64,000 bases of DNA from Nitrospinales bacterium (lineage in GTDB: Bacteria; Nitrospinota; Nitrospinia; Nitrospinales; VA-1), in contig CBDCXL010000002.1 in the NCBI GenBank assembly GCA_965223795.1, forward strand, positions 2,304,001 to 2,368,000. The letters run 5' to 3'. A program made the translations under genes and the position numbers. The number at the start of each line of letters is the position of its first letter. The stretch's first letter is position 1. This document shows positions 1 to 9,361 of this stretch, piece by piece. A model generated the notes under the pieces. That model was given only the letters and a program-made list of their open reading frames with translations, did not search any database and was not told the DNA's origin.

Positions 1-409
1 CCTGGATATCAAAAAGTTTTTCAACCACCCTCAGGCTGTGCGCTACAAGGATAAAAAAAACGCCGAAGCCTTCGCGGGCTACACCGACTGGCGGCTGCCG
101 CACAAGAAGGAAGCGCACTCTCTGTTCGATAAGCTGAAAAACCTGAAAGACAAATATGATATGGACATCCACATCGACCCGGTGTTTTCGCCCGGGTGCG
201 GGTACTCCACGTGGACCAGCAACACGCGCGGGAAGATCACGGCGTATGTGTATTCCTTCAACAGCGGCTCGGGCGGTCACAAGGAAGCCGACGACATCCT
301 CGACACCAGCGTCCGTCTGGTGCGGGGAAAATTCGACACGTCCCGGATCAAGCTCGACAAGATTCCGGAAGTCCGGGACCGGATCACCCAGGGGGGCGGC
401 TGGCGCTGA
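1..409 (+). CDS. DUF1566 (Lcl C-terminal) domain protein, 5'-truncated by the window edge
   Basis: Frame is open from position 2 (LDIKKFFNHPQAVRY...). Motifs FAGYTDWRLP, IHIDPVF, TWTS and C-terminal SVRLVR. Confidence 0.85.
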   Translation, partial: LDIKKFFNHPQAVRYKDKKNAEAFAGYTDWRLPHKKEAHSLFDKLKNLKDKYDMDIHIDPVFSPGCGYSTWTSNTRGKITAYVYSFNSGSGGHKEADDILDTSVRLVRGKFDTSRIKLDKIPEVRDRITQGGGWR

Positions 410-768
410 CGTCCCATTGCGGAGTGGTGGTGGAAGTTGCGGTATTCACTGTTTTGAGGACTGCGTTTTTTGTTTTTCCCTTCTCCGAATTCTCATTGTG
501 CTTCAGACAGTTTCCGGACAAGAACCGGAGAGGGGAAACCCCTTCAAATTCCCGGCTTTCCACAGACTGGATTGGGCTTGAAAATTAATGAGGCGGGTGT
601 TATTTTATTGAATTAAAATCCCTTGAGTGTTTGTTGCGCTTTCCTTTCGATGCAGTCTGTTGTGCATTTCCACTTGGCTCATGTACGGGATCATCTCAAC
701 GTTTTCCGGCGATCGACAGGGGGAAGGCCCAAAAGGCTGCGCGTGTTTCTCTTTTCACGAGGTGTCTT

Positions 769-1209
769 TTGCCCCAGACGATAAAACAATTTCAGATCAA
801 TGACGACGGCACGGTGACGGATACCGAGGAAGATCTCCAGTGGCCGGTCAAGGATTCCCGGCAGGAACTGGGCAAATGGCTCAACTGGGATGAAGCCAAT
901 GCTTATGTCCAGGCCTGCAATGAACAAAAGTATCTGGGACACGATGACTGGCGGCTGCCGACCAAAAGCGAAGTCCGGTCGCTGTTCAAATTTCCCGAAC
1001 TGTACCGGGAGATTTTTTTGAAGCAGCCCAAACGTCCTGTGCGCAGCGTCGCCAATTACCAGGCGGGTGGAGAAACCAGTTTGTGGACTTCGGAAACCCG
1101 CTTCGATTCCTATGCCTGGAAATGTTATTTCCCAGGCGGCCGTGAAGTTTGCGTGGAGCAGAGCGTGTCCACCACGGGCACGTCGGTGCGATTGGTCCGT
1201 GACGTCTGA
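769..1209 (+). CDS. DUF1566 domain protein
   Basis: NDDGTVTD..LQW, GHDDWRLPT, LWTS, SVRLVR. TTG at 769 follows GAGGTG (759-764), preferred over 631. Confidence 0.85.
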   Translation: MPQTIKQFQINDDGTVTDTEEDLQWPVKDSRQELGKWLNWDEANAYVQACNEQKYLGHDDWRLPTKSEVRSLFKFPELYREIFLKQPKRPVRSVANYQAGGETSLWTSETRFDSYAWKCYFPGGREVCVEQSVSTTGTSVRLVRDV

Positions 1210-1237
1210 GCCTGCATGACCGCAAACGATAGGAGCG

Positions 1238-1864
1238 ATGATGTCTGACGAAGAAAAAGTGGAACGGGAAGAGGAACTGGAAGACCTCGACGCCGAGTCC
1301 TTGGAGGACGATGAGGACTATGAAGGCGAGGAATTCATCGGTGAAGAGGAATGGGGTGAGGAAGAGGACGAGGCGGCGCTTCTTGAAGAGGAAGTCCCGA
1401 CGTTCGTCGACAACGGCGATGGCACCGTGAGCGATACCCGCAACAACCTCATGTGGAAAAAATCCGATTCCTACGCGGAATTCGGCTACGGGATCACCTG
1501 GTACGAAGCGCACGATTACTGCGAGGATCTCAACGAAAAACAGTTCGCAGGTTACGACGACTGGCGCATGGCGAGTTTCGACGATGCCAAGACCCTTTTC
1601 TCTTTCACCAAGAGCAACCGCGATAAGGACGGAGCGGAGATTCACATCGATTCCGTGTTCGATTCCGGCCAGGGGCACAACACCTGGACCTACGACGAAA
1701 AGCCGGATTACCAGCAGTACGCGCTCAAGTTCAGCTATGTGACGGGAACCGATGTGTGGGAACACAAGGACAACGAATATTCGCATGTGCGTGTCGTGCG
1801 CGACGACGTGAAAGACGAATGGGAGCCCGAATGGCGGAAAGACACCAAGAAGTTTCAGCGCTGA
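1238..1864 (+). CDS. DUF1566 domain protein with an extremely acidic N-terminal tail
   Basis: About 50 aa E/D-rich N-terminus, then DNGDGTVSD..LMW, FAGYDDWRM, VRVVR. AGGAG RBS upstream. Confidence 0.9.
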   Translation: MMSDEEKVEREEELEDLDAESLEDDEDYEGEEFIGEEEWGEEEDEAALLEEEVPTFVDNGDGTVSDTRNNLMWKKSDSYAEFGYGITWYEAHDYCEDLNEKQFAGYDDWRMASFDDAKTLFSFTKSNRDKDGAEIHIDSVFDSGQGHNTWTYDEKPDYQQYALKFSYVTGTDVWEHKDNEYSHVRVVRDDVKDEWEPEWRKDTKKFQR

Positions 1865-1913
1865 CGCCGCTGCACCGCTTATTGCGCTCTCTTCTTTTGC
1901 ATACGAGGAATCC

Positions 1914-2132
1914 ATGAGCCATTACATGATTTTCGGAAAGAACGACTGCCCGCACACGAAAAAGGCCCGGGAGGATTTTCTGAAACAAAGCAAGTCCTTC
2001 ATCTACATCAATGTGGACAACAATCCGCAGGCACTGGAAAAGTTGCTGGAATATTCGGACGGGAAATACATCGTGCCCGTCATCGTCAATGTGGACGAGG
2101 GCAACGTGGAGATCGGCTACACGGGCGATTGA
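1914..2132 (+). CDS. Small glutaredoxin-like protein (CPHT motif), resembles the UXX-star (seleno)protein family
   Basis: IFGKNDCPHT, cis-Pro motif VPVIV, IGY near the C-terminus. GAGG RBS. Confidence 0.75.
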   Translation: MSHYMIFGKNDCPHTKKAREDFLKQSKSFIYINVDNNPQALEKLLEYSDGKYIVPVIVNVDEGNVEIGYTGD

Positions 2133-2216
2133 GGCTGCAAACCGTTTTCACGGAGAAAGGCGCAGTCGAATTTTCCAAAACGGCAGGTTCACGATAAAAT
2201 CCTTAAAGGACGCATC

Positions 2217-2699
2217 ATGGTAGAAAAACTCCCGCAGACTCAGGAAAAATCGAAGGAACCCAAGCGGTTCGAAGAAAAAGGACCGCATGTGGTGTTCGAT
2301 ACGAAAACCAAACTTTACTGGATGAAGAAGGATTCCTGGCAGGACAAGGGAAAATTTTTCAACTGGCACGAGGCGGTGGAGTACGCGGATAAAAAAAACC
2401 TGCGCAGCATCGGCGGTTTCAACGACTGGCGGCTGCCGAGTATGGATGAAGCGGCTTCCCTGTTCGACGAAGGTTCCGAAAATCCCGCCAAGGGCGGCGC
2501 CTCCATCCACATCGATACGGTGTTTCCGGAAGGCGGGTTCAAGACATTGTGGCTGACGGGAGACACCTCGACGCGGCGGCCGCGTTTCGATTACGTGCAG
2601 GGAAAGGAAACGCACGCGGAGGAATACAGTTTCGGGGCTGTGCGGCTGTGCCGTAAGGACAAGGTCCAGCCGGGGCAGAACCGAAATCGCCGCCGTTGA
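2217..2699 (+). CDS. DUF1566 domain protein
   Basis: DTKTKLYW, GGFNDWRLPS, IHIDTVF, AVRLCR. AAAGGA RBS. Confidence 0.9.
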   Translation: MVEKLPQTQEKSKEPKRFEEKGPHVVFDTKTKLYWMKKDSWQDKGKFFNWHEAVEYADKKNLRSIGGFNDWRLPSMDEAASLFDEGSENPAKGGASIHIDTVFPEGGFKTLWLTGDTSTRRPRFDYVQGKETHAEEYSFGAVRLCRKDKVQPGQNRNRRR

Positions 2700-2719
2700 C
2701 GATTCGCATCTTAAAAGCT

Positions 2720-3598
2720 ATGGACGACACCGAAAAGAAATCCGGACTGATCGACAACGGCGACGGCACGATCTCCGATGAGCGCAGCGGCCTGATGTGG
2801 ATGAAAAACGACACCTGGCTGGAGCTCGGACGGCGCATCACCTGGCACGAGGGGCTGGAATACTCGAAACAGGTGAACAGCAAAAAGTTCGCGGGCTACG
2901 GCAACTGGCGGTTCCCCACGGCCACGGAAGCCAAAACCCTGTTCGACATGGAAATCACCAACACGGATGTGGAGGGCGGTGAGATTCACATCGACCCCGT
3001 GTTTCCCTCGGGCTGCGGATTTTCCACCTGGACCAGCGAAACCCGCGGCGCCAAGGCCGCCAAGGGGTTTGATTTCCGCTCGGATTACGAATTCTGGCTG
3101 GCCAAGGAAAACGACGGCTTCCCGAGCGGTCTGCGTCTTGTGCGCAATCTGGGTGCAGGCGGCGAAATGTCCGACGAGGAACGTTATGTGAACAACGGCG
3201 ACGGCACGATCACGGACCGGGAAACCGACCTGATGTGGAAAGCCGCCGATTCCTATCTGGATCTCGACAAATGGGTGAGCTGGGACGAGGCGAAGATGTA
3301 CCTTGATGAAATCAACAAGTCGCGCTTCGCAGGATACAGCAACTGGCGCATGCCCACCCGCAAGGAAGCGCAGATGCTGTACGATCCGTCCAATCCCGTC
3401 ACCGACAAGTACGGCGACACCGTGTTTCTGGTGAAAGGGTTTCCGCCCGGAGCGGGACAGACCTGCTGGACGAAAACGCTGCACAAGACCGACCCGTCGC
3501 TGGCCCGGCGGTTTTATTTTTACAACGGCGACCACCAGTGGCACAAAAAGGGGCTTCGCAGCCACGGGGTGCGTCCGGTGCGGAACCTCAAATCCTGA
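2720..3598 (+). CDS. Tandem two-domain DUF1566 protein
   Basis: Two copies of (D/N)NGDGTI.D..LMW...FAGY.NWR.PT...(L/V)R.VR. ATG at 2720 preferred over TTG at 2696. Confidence 0.9.
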   Translation: MDDTEKKSGLIDNGDGTISDERSGLMWMKNDTWLELGRRITWHEGLEYSKQVNSKKFAGYGNWRFPTATEAKTLFDMEITNTDVEGGEIHIDPVFPSGCGFSTWTSETRGAKAAKGFDFRSDYEFWLAKENDGFPSGLRLVRNLGAGGEMSDEERYVNNGDGTITDRETDLMWKAADSYLDLDKWVSWDEAKMYLDEINKSRFAGYSNWRMPTRKEAQMLYDPSNPVTDKYGDTVFLVKGFPPGAGQTCWTKTLHKTDPSLARRFYFYNGDHQWHKKGLRSHGVRPVRNLKS

Positions 3599-3623
3599 AG
3601 AGACGGAGGCACGCGCTTTTTTC

Positions 3624-4097
3624 ATGTCCGGCGAGAACGAACAGGCAACCACGCAGAAGCCCGGCACCCGTTTTGTGGAAGGGGCGGACGGCACCGTCAT
3701 CGATACGGTCAAGCGGCTGTTGTGGCTCAAAAAGGACACCTGGCAGATGACCGGGAAGTGGATGAACCTGGTGCAGATCCGGGAATTTTCCGAGGAGCTC
3801 AACCGTAAAAATCACGCGGGATACTCGGGATGGCGGGTTCCGACCGCATCGGAGGTGAAGAGCCTGCATGACAAATCGCAAAAGAACAAGGATCACATGG
3901 GGCAGATGGTGGCGCATCCGGAAATTTTTGATGCGGGGTTCAGCTTTCTGTACTGGACCAGCGACGTGAGGAACAAAATTCAGGCGGTCCGGTTCGGGTT
4001 TCGCAAGGGAATGTCCATGTACGATGACATCTACCGGACTTCCAGGGGCTCGACGCGCCTGGTGCGCGACATCGAAAAAGAGGACGCGCTTTTGTGA
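3624..4097 (+). CDS. DUF1566 domain protein
   Basis: DGTVID..LLW, AGYSGWRVPT, YWTS, TRLVR. Confidence 0.9.
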   Translation: MSGENEQATTQKPGTRFVEGADGTVIDTVKRLLWLKKDTWQMTGKWMNLVQIREFSEELNRKNHAGYSGWRVPTASEVKSLHDKSQKNKDHMGQMVAHPEIFDAGFSFLYWTSDVRNKIQAVRFGFRKGMSMYDDIYRTSRGSTRLVRDIEKEDALL

Positions 4098-4152
4098 GTT
4101 GAACTTTTTGAGTGTTTGTCGGATTCCATTTTCTTTTTTCAAGGACGGAGTT

Positions 4153-4638
4153 TTGGAAAACAAAAAGCGATTTGTGGACAACGGCGACGGCACGGTCACC
4201 GATCATGAAACCCAGCTCATGTGGAAGCAGACGGATTCGTACCAGGATACGAGCAAATGGCTCAACTGGTTCGATTCGTTGAGTTACATCCGCGATTTGA
4301 ACAACAGCAAATTCGCAGGATTCGACAACTGGCGTCTGCCCACGCTCGATGAAGCGGAGGGGTTGTACGACGAAGAATTCCCGCTGCGCGATATGGACCG
4401 GCTGGAAATTCATCTGGACGCCAGTTTTTCGCCCGGAGGCGGGTTTTCCACCTGGACGAGCAAAGAGAGCGCGCACAGCACGGCGGCGGTGTTTTACTAC
4501 CGTTACGGCCACGCCAATCTCGCCAACAAGGAAGGCATCACCAAGGATTCCGTGCGGGCGGTGCGCTATGTCAGTGGAGAAGCGGGGAAACCCGTCCGCC
4601 ATGTCGACCGTCTTTCCTCCGGAAGACAGACGAGTTAG
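4153..4638 (+). CDS. DUF1566 domain protein
   Basis: [35 protein letters not shown]. Probable TTG start at 4153 after AAGGA. Confidence 0.88.
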   Translation: MENKKRFVDNGDGTVTDHETQLMWKQTDSYQDTSKWLNWFDSLSYIRDLNNSKFAGFDNWRLPTLDEAEGLYDEEFPLRDMDRLEIHLDASFSPGGGFSTWTSKESAHSTAAVFYYRYGHANLANKEGITKDSVRAVRYVSGEAGKPVRHVDRLSSGRQTS

Positions 4639-4718
4639 CAATACCAAAAAGGCATAGAAGGAGAGTCGTCATCGAATCGTATTGGGTCATCAATGAAGAA
4701 GAGAGCAGGGCGTCGGTC

Positions 4719-5507
4719 ATGACGTATCGCTTCGAGGAAGAGGATTTCAAGAACACCTATATCCTCGAAGACTACTACTGCACCAATCCATTTTGCGACT
4801 GCAATCACGTGACCGTTTCGTTCTGCGACAAGGAAAATCTGGACAACCGGTTTCTGTTCCTGCTCAATTTCAATAAAACCCAGAGTCCGCTGCCCAACGC
4901 GCCGAAAATGAACAAAGTGCAGACGGAAATCGTCAAAGGGTTCGTCAAGAACCTTTCCGACGAGCTGCTGGTATTGTTCAAGCAGCGGTACCTGGAGGCC
5001 AAGGCCTACGGCGAGAAAAATCCGATGTCGTATCTGATGCTGGAGCCCGGCCGTTACGTGAATTTTTTCGAAATGTTCCCGCGCAATCAGGAGATGCTGG
5101 ATTTCAATTACCAGGAGGAAAAGTATTTCGCCGAGGATTCCTACGACATCGACCCGAGAAACGACAACCGGGATGTGCGCCTGTCTTTTTACAAGCTGGA
5201 ACTCGACAGCAAACAGCAGCAGTCGGCTTTTGACTACACCTATTATTTCAATGAGAGTCAGCGGGAAAAAGAGGACAACCGGCTGGAACCGGAACACAAC
5301 GACATGGTGATGGCGATGAACCAGGCCATCCCCGATTTGAACGACCGGCTGAAAGCCCGTTTTAGGAAGGCCAAGGAAGTGGGCGAGCAGCTGCTCAAGG
5401 ATCCGCCGAAACCGAACATTCTGGAAGAAAAAGTGGGCCCGAATGATCTGTGTCCCTGCGGATCGGGGAAAAAGTTTAAAAAGTGCTGCGCGCAGAGGCT
5501 GAACTGA
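4719..5507 (+). CDS. SEC-C motif protein with an internally duplicated domain
   Basis: C-terminal [19 protein letters not shown]-terminal YCTNPFCDC motif. Confidence 0.85.
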   Translation: MTYRFEEEDFKNTYILEDYYCTNPFCDCNHVTVSFCDKENLDNRFLFLLNFNKTQSPLPNAPKMNKVQTEIVKGFVKNLSDELLVLFKQRYLEAKAYGEKNPMSYLMLEPGRYVNFFEMFPRNQEMLDFNYQEEKYFAEDSYDIDPRNDNRDVRLSFYKLELDSKQQQSAFDYTYYFNESQREKEDNRLEPEHNDMVMAMNQAIPDLNDRLKARFRKAKEVGEQLLKDPPKPNILEEKVGPNDLCPCGSGKKFKKCCAQRLN

Positions 5508-5642
5508 TCCTCCGGCTTGATTCACTGCGCGTGGCCTGACCGGGGATCGCGATTCCCGGAACGTTCTTTAATTTTGCGTCGCGGAACACGAGTCGGTATG
5601 GAAGCCGCGATGATATTTCTTCTTCGATAAAGCGATGGTGCC

Positions 5643-6194
5643 ATGACTTCAGAAAATAAACCCAAAGAAAAGCGTGTCAAAAAAGTTCAGGCCCGCCACA
5701 TTCTCGTCAACAGCAAGGAGAAGGCGGAAGAACTGAAAAAGCGCATCGACGAGGGGGAGGATTTTTCCTCGCTGGCCGAGGAGCACAGCGAATGTCCTTC
5801 CAAGAAGCGCGGCGGCGATCTGGGCTGGTTCGGTAAAGGGGCCATGGTGCGGCCGTTTGAAGTGGCGGCGTTCACGGCGGAGGAAGGCGACGTGGTGGGG
5901 CCGGTGAAAACGGAATTCGGCTGGCACCTGATCTACGTGTACGAAATCCAGACCGACATCAATCCCGATGCCGGGCCGCCCACGGGCGACGAAGACGCCG
6001 ACGAGGACACCCTGACGCTCGTTGCGGAAAACTACGCGCATGAGTTCATGATGCTGGGATACACGAGCAAAAAGGTGCTGAGCCTGTTCACCAGCCAGCA
6101 TTTCAAATCGGCCAATACGGTTTACAACCTTCTCGGGCCGGAAAAGATCAACGAGATCATTGCCAACGTGTTCGGCAAGAAAAAAGAAGGCTGA
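5643..6194 (+). CDS. Parvulin-type (PpiC) peptidyl-prolyl isomerase with an extra C-terminal domain
   Basis: ARHILV, HSECPS, GGDLGWF, MVRPFE, GPVKTEFGWHLI, plus about 80 aa of additional C-terminal sequence. Confidence 0.9.
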   Translation: MTSENKPKEKRVKKVQARHILVNSKEKAEELKKRIDEGEDFSSLAEEHSECPSKKRGGDLGWFGKGAMVRPFEVAAFTAEEGDVVGPVKTEFGWHLIYVYEIQTDINPDAGPPTGDEDADEDTLTLVAENYAHEFMMLGYTSKKVLSLFTSQHFKSANTVYNLLGPEKINEIIANVFGKKKEG

Positions 6195-6203
6195 CCGGAA
6201 AAG

Positions 6204-6260
6204 AAAAAAGCGGGCAGCGCTGAGGAATGTTTTTTCCTCCGGCGGTGCCCGCTTTTTTTA
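6204..6260. terminator. Bidirectional intrinsic terminator between the convergent PPIase and serA genes
   Basis: AAAAAAGCGGGCA...TGCCCGCTTTTTT inverted repeat with A and T tails. Confidence 0.75.
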
Positions 6261-6268
6261 TTTTGAAA

Positions 6269-7873
6269 TCACTCTGCGGAAAGTCCCGGCGAGTTTTTCA
6301 GCGTCACGCTGTGAACGGAAAGGATGTTCGGCGTTTCCCGCAGCTCTCTTAAGGTTTCGCTGGTGGGCGGCGTGTCGATGTTGATCACCGCCACCGCCTT
6401 GCCGCTTTGTTTCAGCCTTCCCAGGTGAAATCCCGCCACGTTGATGTTGTTTTTCCCCAGGATGTTTCCCAGGTTGCCGATCACGCCCGGCACGTCCACG
6501 TTGTTGAGCACCAGCATGTGCTGAGTGAGCACCGCCTCGAAATCGTATTCGTCGAACTTCACGATCCGGGGATTGCCTTTGCCGAAAATGCTGCCGGTGA
6601 TCGTGTGGCCGCCGTTTTTCGTGGTGACCTGAACCATCAGTGTGTTGGTGTATTCCAGCACTTCGTTGCTTTTGGATTCCTGCACTTCGATCCCCCGTTC
6701 CTTGGCGATGAAGGGGGCGTTGACCATGTTCACCCCGTCGATGCTGGGGCTCAACAGGCCTTTCAACGTGGAAATGGTGATCGGTTCCACGTTCAGGCCG
6801 GCGATGTCTCCGTTGTACTGGATGTGGACTTTCTTGACCGGCTGGTTGATGAGCTGCGAAGCGAGCAGGCCGAGATCCTCACCGAGGACGAGGTAGGGCT
6901 TGATTTTGGCCAGCGTCTCCGCGTCGATCGAGGGCATGTTGATGGCGTTGCGCACGTTGCCGTATTTCAGGTAGTCGATGATCTGATCGCAGATCGCGAC
7001 CGCCACTTTTTCCTGCGCCTCTCCGGTCGATGCACCCAGGTGCGGCGTGCAGATGATCTCTTTCATCCCCAGAAGGGGGCTGTCCGGATTGAGCGGTTCC
7101 TTGGCGTACACGTCCAGGGCGGCCTGCGCCACCTTTCCGGACTGGATCGCGTCGACCAATGCCTGCTCGTCGATCAGCGTCCCGCGGGCGCAGTTGACGA
7201 TGCGGATTCCGTCTTTCATCAGGCCGAATTCCTCTTTCCCGAGCAACGGCTCGCCCGAGCCTCCCGGCGTGTGCAGGGATATGTAGTCGGAGCGTTTCAG
7301 CAGTTCCTTGAACTCGACAATTTCCGCGCCGATTTTTTCCGCGCGTTCCTTCTGGATGTAGGGATCGTGCACCAGGACCTTCATGTGAAATCCCTTGGCG
7401 CGCTCGGCGACGATGGAACCGATGCGGCCGAGTCCCACGATCCCCAGCACTTTTTCGTACAGCTCGCTGCCCATGAACTTTTTTGGGGACCATTCCTTGT
7501 TGCGCACCGAGACGTCGGCCTGCGGGATGTTGCGGGCCATGGCGAGCATCAGCGCCATGGCGTGCTCGCCGGTGGTGATGACGTTGCCTTCCGGGGCGTT
7601 CATCACGATGACGCCTTTTTTGCCGGCGGCGTCCAGGTCGATGTTGTCCACGCCGATGCCCGCGCGGCCCACCACCTTGAGGTTGTCGGCGGCTTCCATG
7701 ACATCCGCGGTGACCTTGGTGGCGCTGCGGACCAGGATGCCGTGGTAGGGCGGGATGGTTTTGATCAGCTCCTCTTTGGACATGCCGGTTTTGACATCCA
7801 CTTCAATACCGCTCTCCTTTTTGAGGATTTCGATCCCCGCTGGTGAGAGGTTGTCGGCAACAAGTACTTTCAT
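6269..7873 (-). CDS. serA: D-3-phosphoglycerate dehydrogenase (long form with ASB/ACT domains)
   Basis: GRAGIGVDNID, GLGRIG, NCARG, TPHLGAST and a C-terminal ACT domain (DVPGVIG). Confidence 0.95.
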   Translation of the reverse strand: MKVLVADNLSPAGIEILKKESGIEVDVKTGMSKEELIKTIPPYHGILVRSATKVTADVMEAADNLKVVGRAGIGVDNIDLDAAGKKGVIVMNAPEGNVITTGEHAMALMLAMARNIPQADVSVRNKEWSPKKFMGSELYEKVLGIVGLGRIGSIVAERAKGFHMKVLVHDPYIQKERAEKIGAEIVEFKELLKRSDYISLHTPGGSGEPLLGKEEFGLMKDGIRIVNCARGTLIDEQALVDAIQSGKVAQAALDVYAKEPLNPDSPLLGMKEIICTPHLGASTGEAQEKVAVAICDQIIDYLKYGNVRNAINMPSIDAETLAKIKPYLVLGEDLGLLASQLINQPVKKVHIQYNGDIAGLNVEPITISTLKGLLSPSIDGVNMVNAPFIAKERGIEVQESKSNEVLEYTNTLMVQVTTKNGGHTITGSIFGKGNPRIVKFDEYDFEAVLTQHMLVLNNVDVPGVIGNLGNILGKNNINVAGFHLGRLKQSGKAVAVINIDTPPTSETLRELRETPNILSVHSVTLKNSPGLSAE

Positions 7874-8013
7874 CTGGGTCTCCCGTTATTCAAAGGTCCC
7901 CGTTTGTATCGGGGTTGAGTTCACTGGTTCAATGATTGGGGTGCAGACCGCGTTTGTGTCTGCAATCGATCGCGTCCGCCACACTCCGGCACCGTTCACT
8001 GCCCGGTATCCGG

Positions 8014-9162
8014 TCAGTTGTACGCTTCCATCAGAATTTCCTGGGCCGCGCCGACGCCTTTGCCGAATTCGATTTTTGCACCGAATTTTTTCAACGCCAT
8101 TTCCAGAGCGGAAATCGCGAGGATCACGTCGAAAGTGTCGACGTATCCCAGGTGCGCGATGCGAACGACTTTGCCTTTCCACTGGTCCTGTCCGCCGGCC
8201 AGCGTGACGCCGAATTCGTCGCGGATCGTTTTCACCAGCTTGCCTCCGTCGACGCCGTCGGGAACGAAGACGCCGGTGGCGCTGTCGGCGGGAGAATCGG
8301 GAGCGATCATAGTGAGGCCCATCGCCTTCACCGCCGCGCGGGTGGCCCGGGCCAGCCGGTTGTGGCGCTCGAACACGTTTTCCAGCCCTTCCTGCTTGAT
8401 ATTGGCGAGCACCCGGCGCAGGCCGACGACCAGGGACACCGCCGGTGTGTAGGCGGAGGTTTTGTCGGCCAGGTTTTTCTTTTCCTTTTTGAAGTCGAAG
8501 TAGAACCGCGGGCAGGTGGATTTATCCGCAAACTTCCAGCCCTTTTCGCTCAGGGCCACCAGCGCCAGGCCCGGCGGCAGCTCCAGCGATTTCTGCGAGC
8601 CGGTGACCATCGCGTCGATGCCCCAGGCGTCCATGGGCAGGTTGAACACGCCGAGCCCGGTGATGGCGTCCACCACCAGGAGCAGATCGTCCCGGCCGCG
8701 CGTCAGTTTGGAGAGCGCTTCGATCGGGTGCGCGGCAGTGGTGGAGGTTTCGGAGGCCTGCACCAGAATGCCGCGGATGTCTTTCTCTTTGTTCAGGATG
8801 GCTTCGATCTCTTCCGGTTTCGCCGCCTGTCCCCATTCCACTTTGTGCCAGATCACCTGCAACCCATAGGTTTCGGAGATCTTGCCCCAGCGTTCGCCGA
8901 ACTTGCCGCCGTTGATCACCAGGACCTTGTCTCCCGGTGAAAACAGGTTGGTCACGCAGCCTTCCATGCCGCCGGTGCCGGTGGAAGCGAGGATCAGCAC
9001 ATCCTGTTCGGTCTGAAACAGGTATTTGGCGTCGGCCGCGGCTTCGGCAAAAATTGCGCTGAACTGCGGAGTGCGGTGATGGACCATCGGCTGGGCCATT
9101 TCCAGAGAAACGTGTTCCGGAACCGGTGTCGGTCCGGGGGCGAGCAGATATCGTTTTTTCAT
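8014..9162 (-). CDS. Class V PLP aminotransferase (serine-glyoxylate/phosphoserine aminotransferase-like)
   Basis: LLAPGPT, ETST, VDAIT, GSQK (PLP Lys), RIAHLG. ATG at 9162 preferred over 9432. Directly upstream of serA. Confidence 0.9.
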   Translation of the reverse strand: MKKRYLLAPGPTPVPEHVSLEMAQPMVHHRTPQFSAIFAEAAADAKYLFQTEQDVLILASTGTGGMEGCVTNLFSPGDKVLVINGGKFGERWGKISETYGLQVIWHKVEWGQAAKPEEIEAILNKEKDIRGILVQASETSTTAAHPIEALSKLTRGRDDLLLVVDAITGLGVFNLPMDAWGIDAMVTGSQKSLELPPGLALVALSEKGWKFADKSTCPRFYFDFKKEKKNLADKTSAYTPAVSLVVGLRRVLANIKQEGLENVFERHNRLARATRAAVKAMGLTMIAPDSPADSATGVFVPDGVDGGKLVKTIRDEFGVTLAGGQDQWKGKVVRIAHLGYVDTFDVILAISALEMALKKFGAKIEFGKGVGAAQEILMEAYN

Positions 9163-9199
9163 CCTGTCATCCTGTGCGTTGGTTGTTGGGAATTTCCTC

Positions 9200-9361
9200 G
9201 ATCCCGGTTGGTGCGGGAGCGCCGATCGTGCCGGGTCTCTGCGTCCCGAAGGGTCCGAAATGCCCAGTGAGAACGAGGAACCGGAAATGAAACCCCGACC
9301 CACCGTTACAGGAGGGCTCAGCGGGCGCGCTGTTTTTATCGCTCCCAGGCCTGGCGGATGC
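9200..9361 (-). ncRNA. Candidate structured RNA (6S RNA-like rod or cis-regulatory leader)
   Basis: Nested stems GGGAGCG/CGCTCCC (9215-9221 with 9340-9346) and GGGTC/GACCC (9251-9255 with 9297-9301), a central bubble, and TGAGCC on the 5' arm. G-U pairs favour the minus strand. Confidence 0.35.

Noticed and set aside
1..4638. Diversity-generating retroelement acting on the DUF1566 genes
   Set aside because: No reverse transcriptase and no near-identical template/variable repeat pair differing at adenines in the window. Paralogue similarity is at the protein level.
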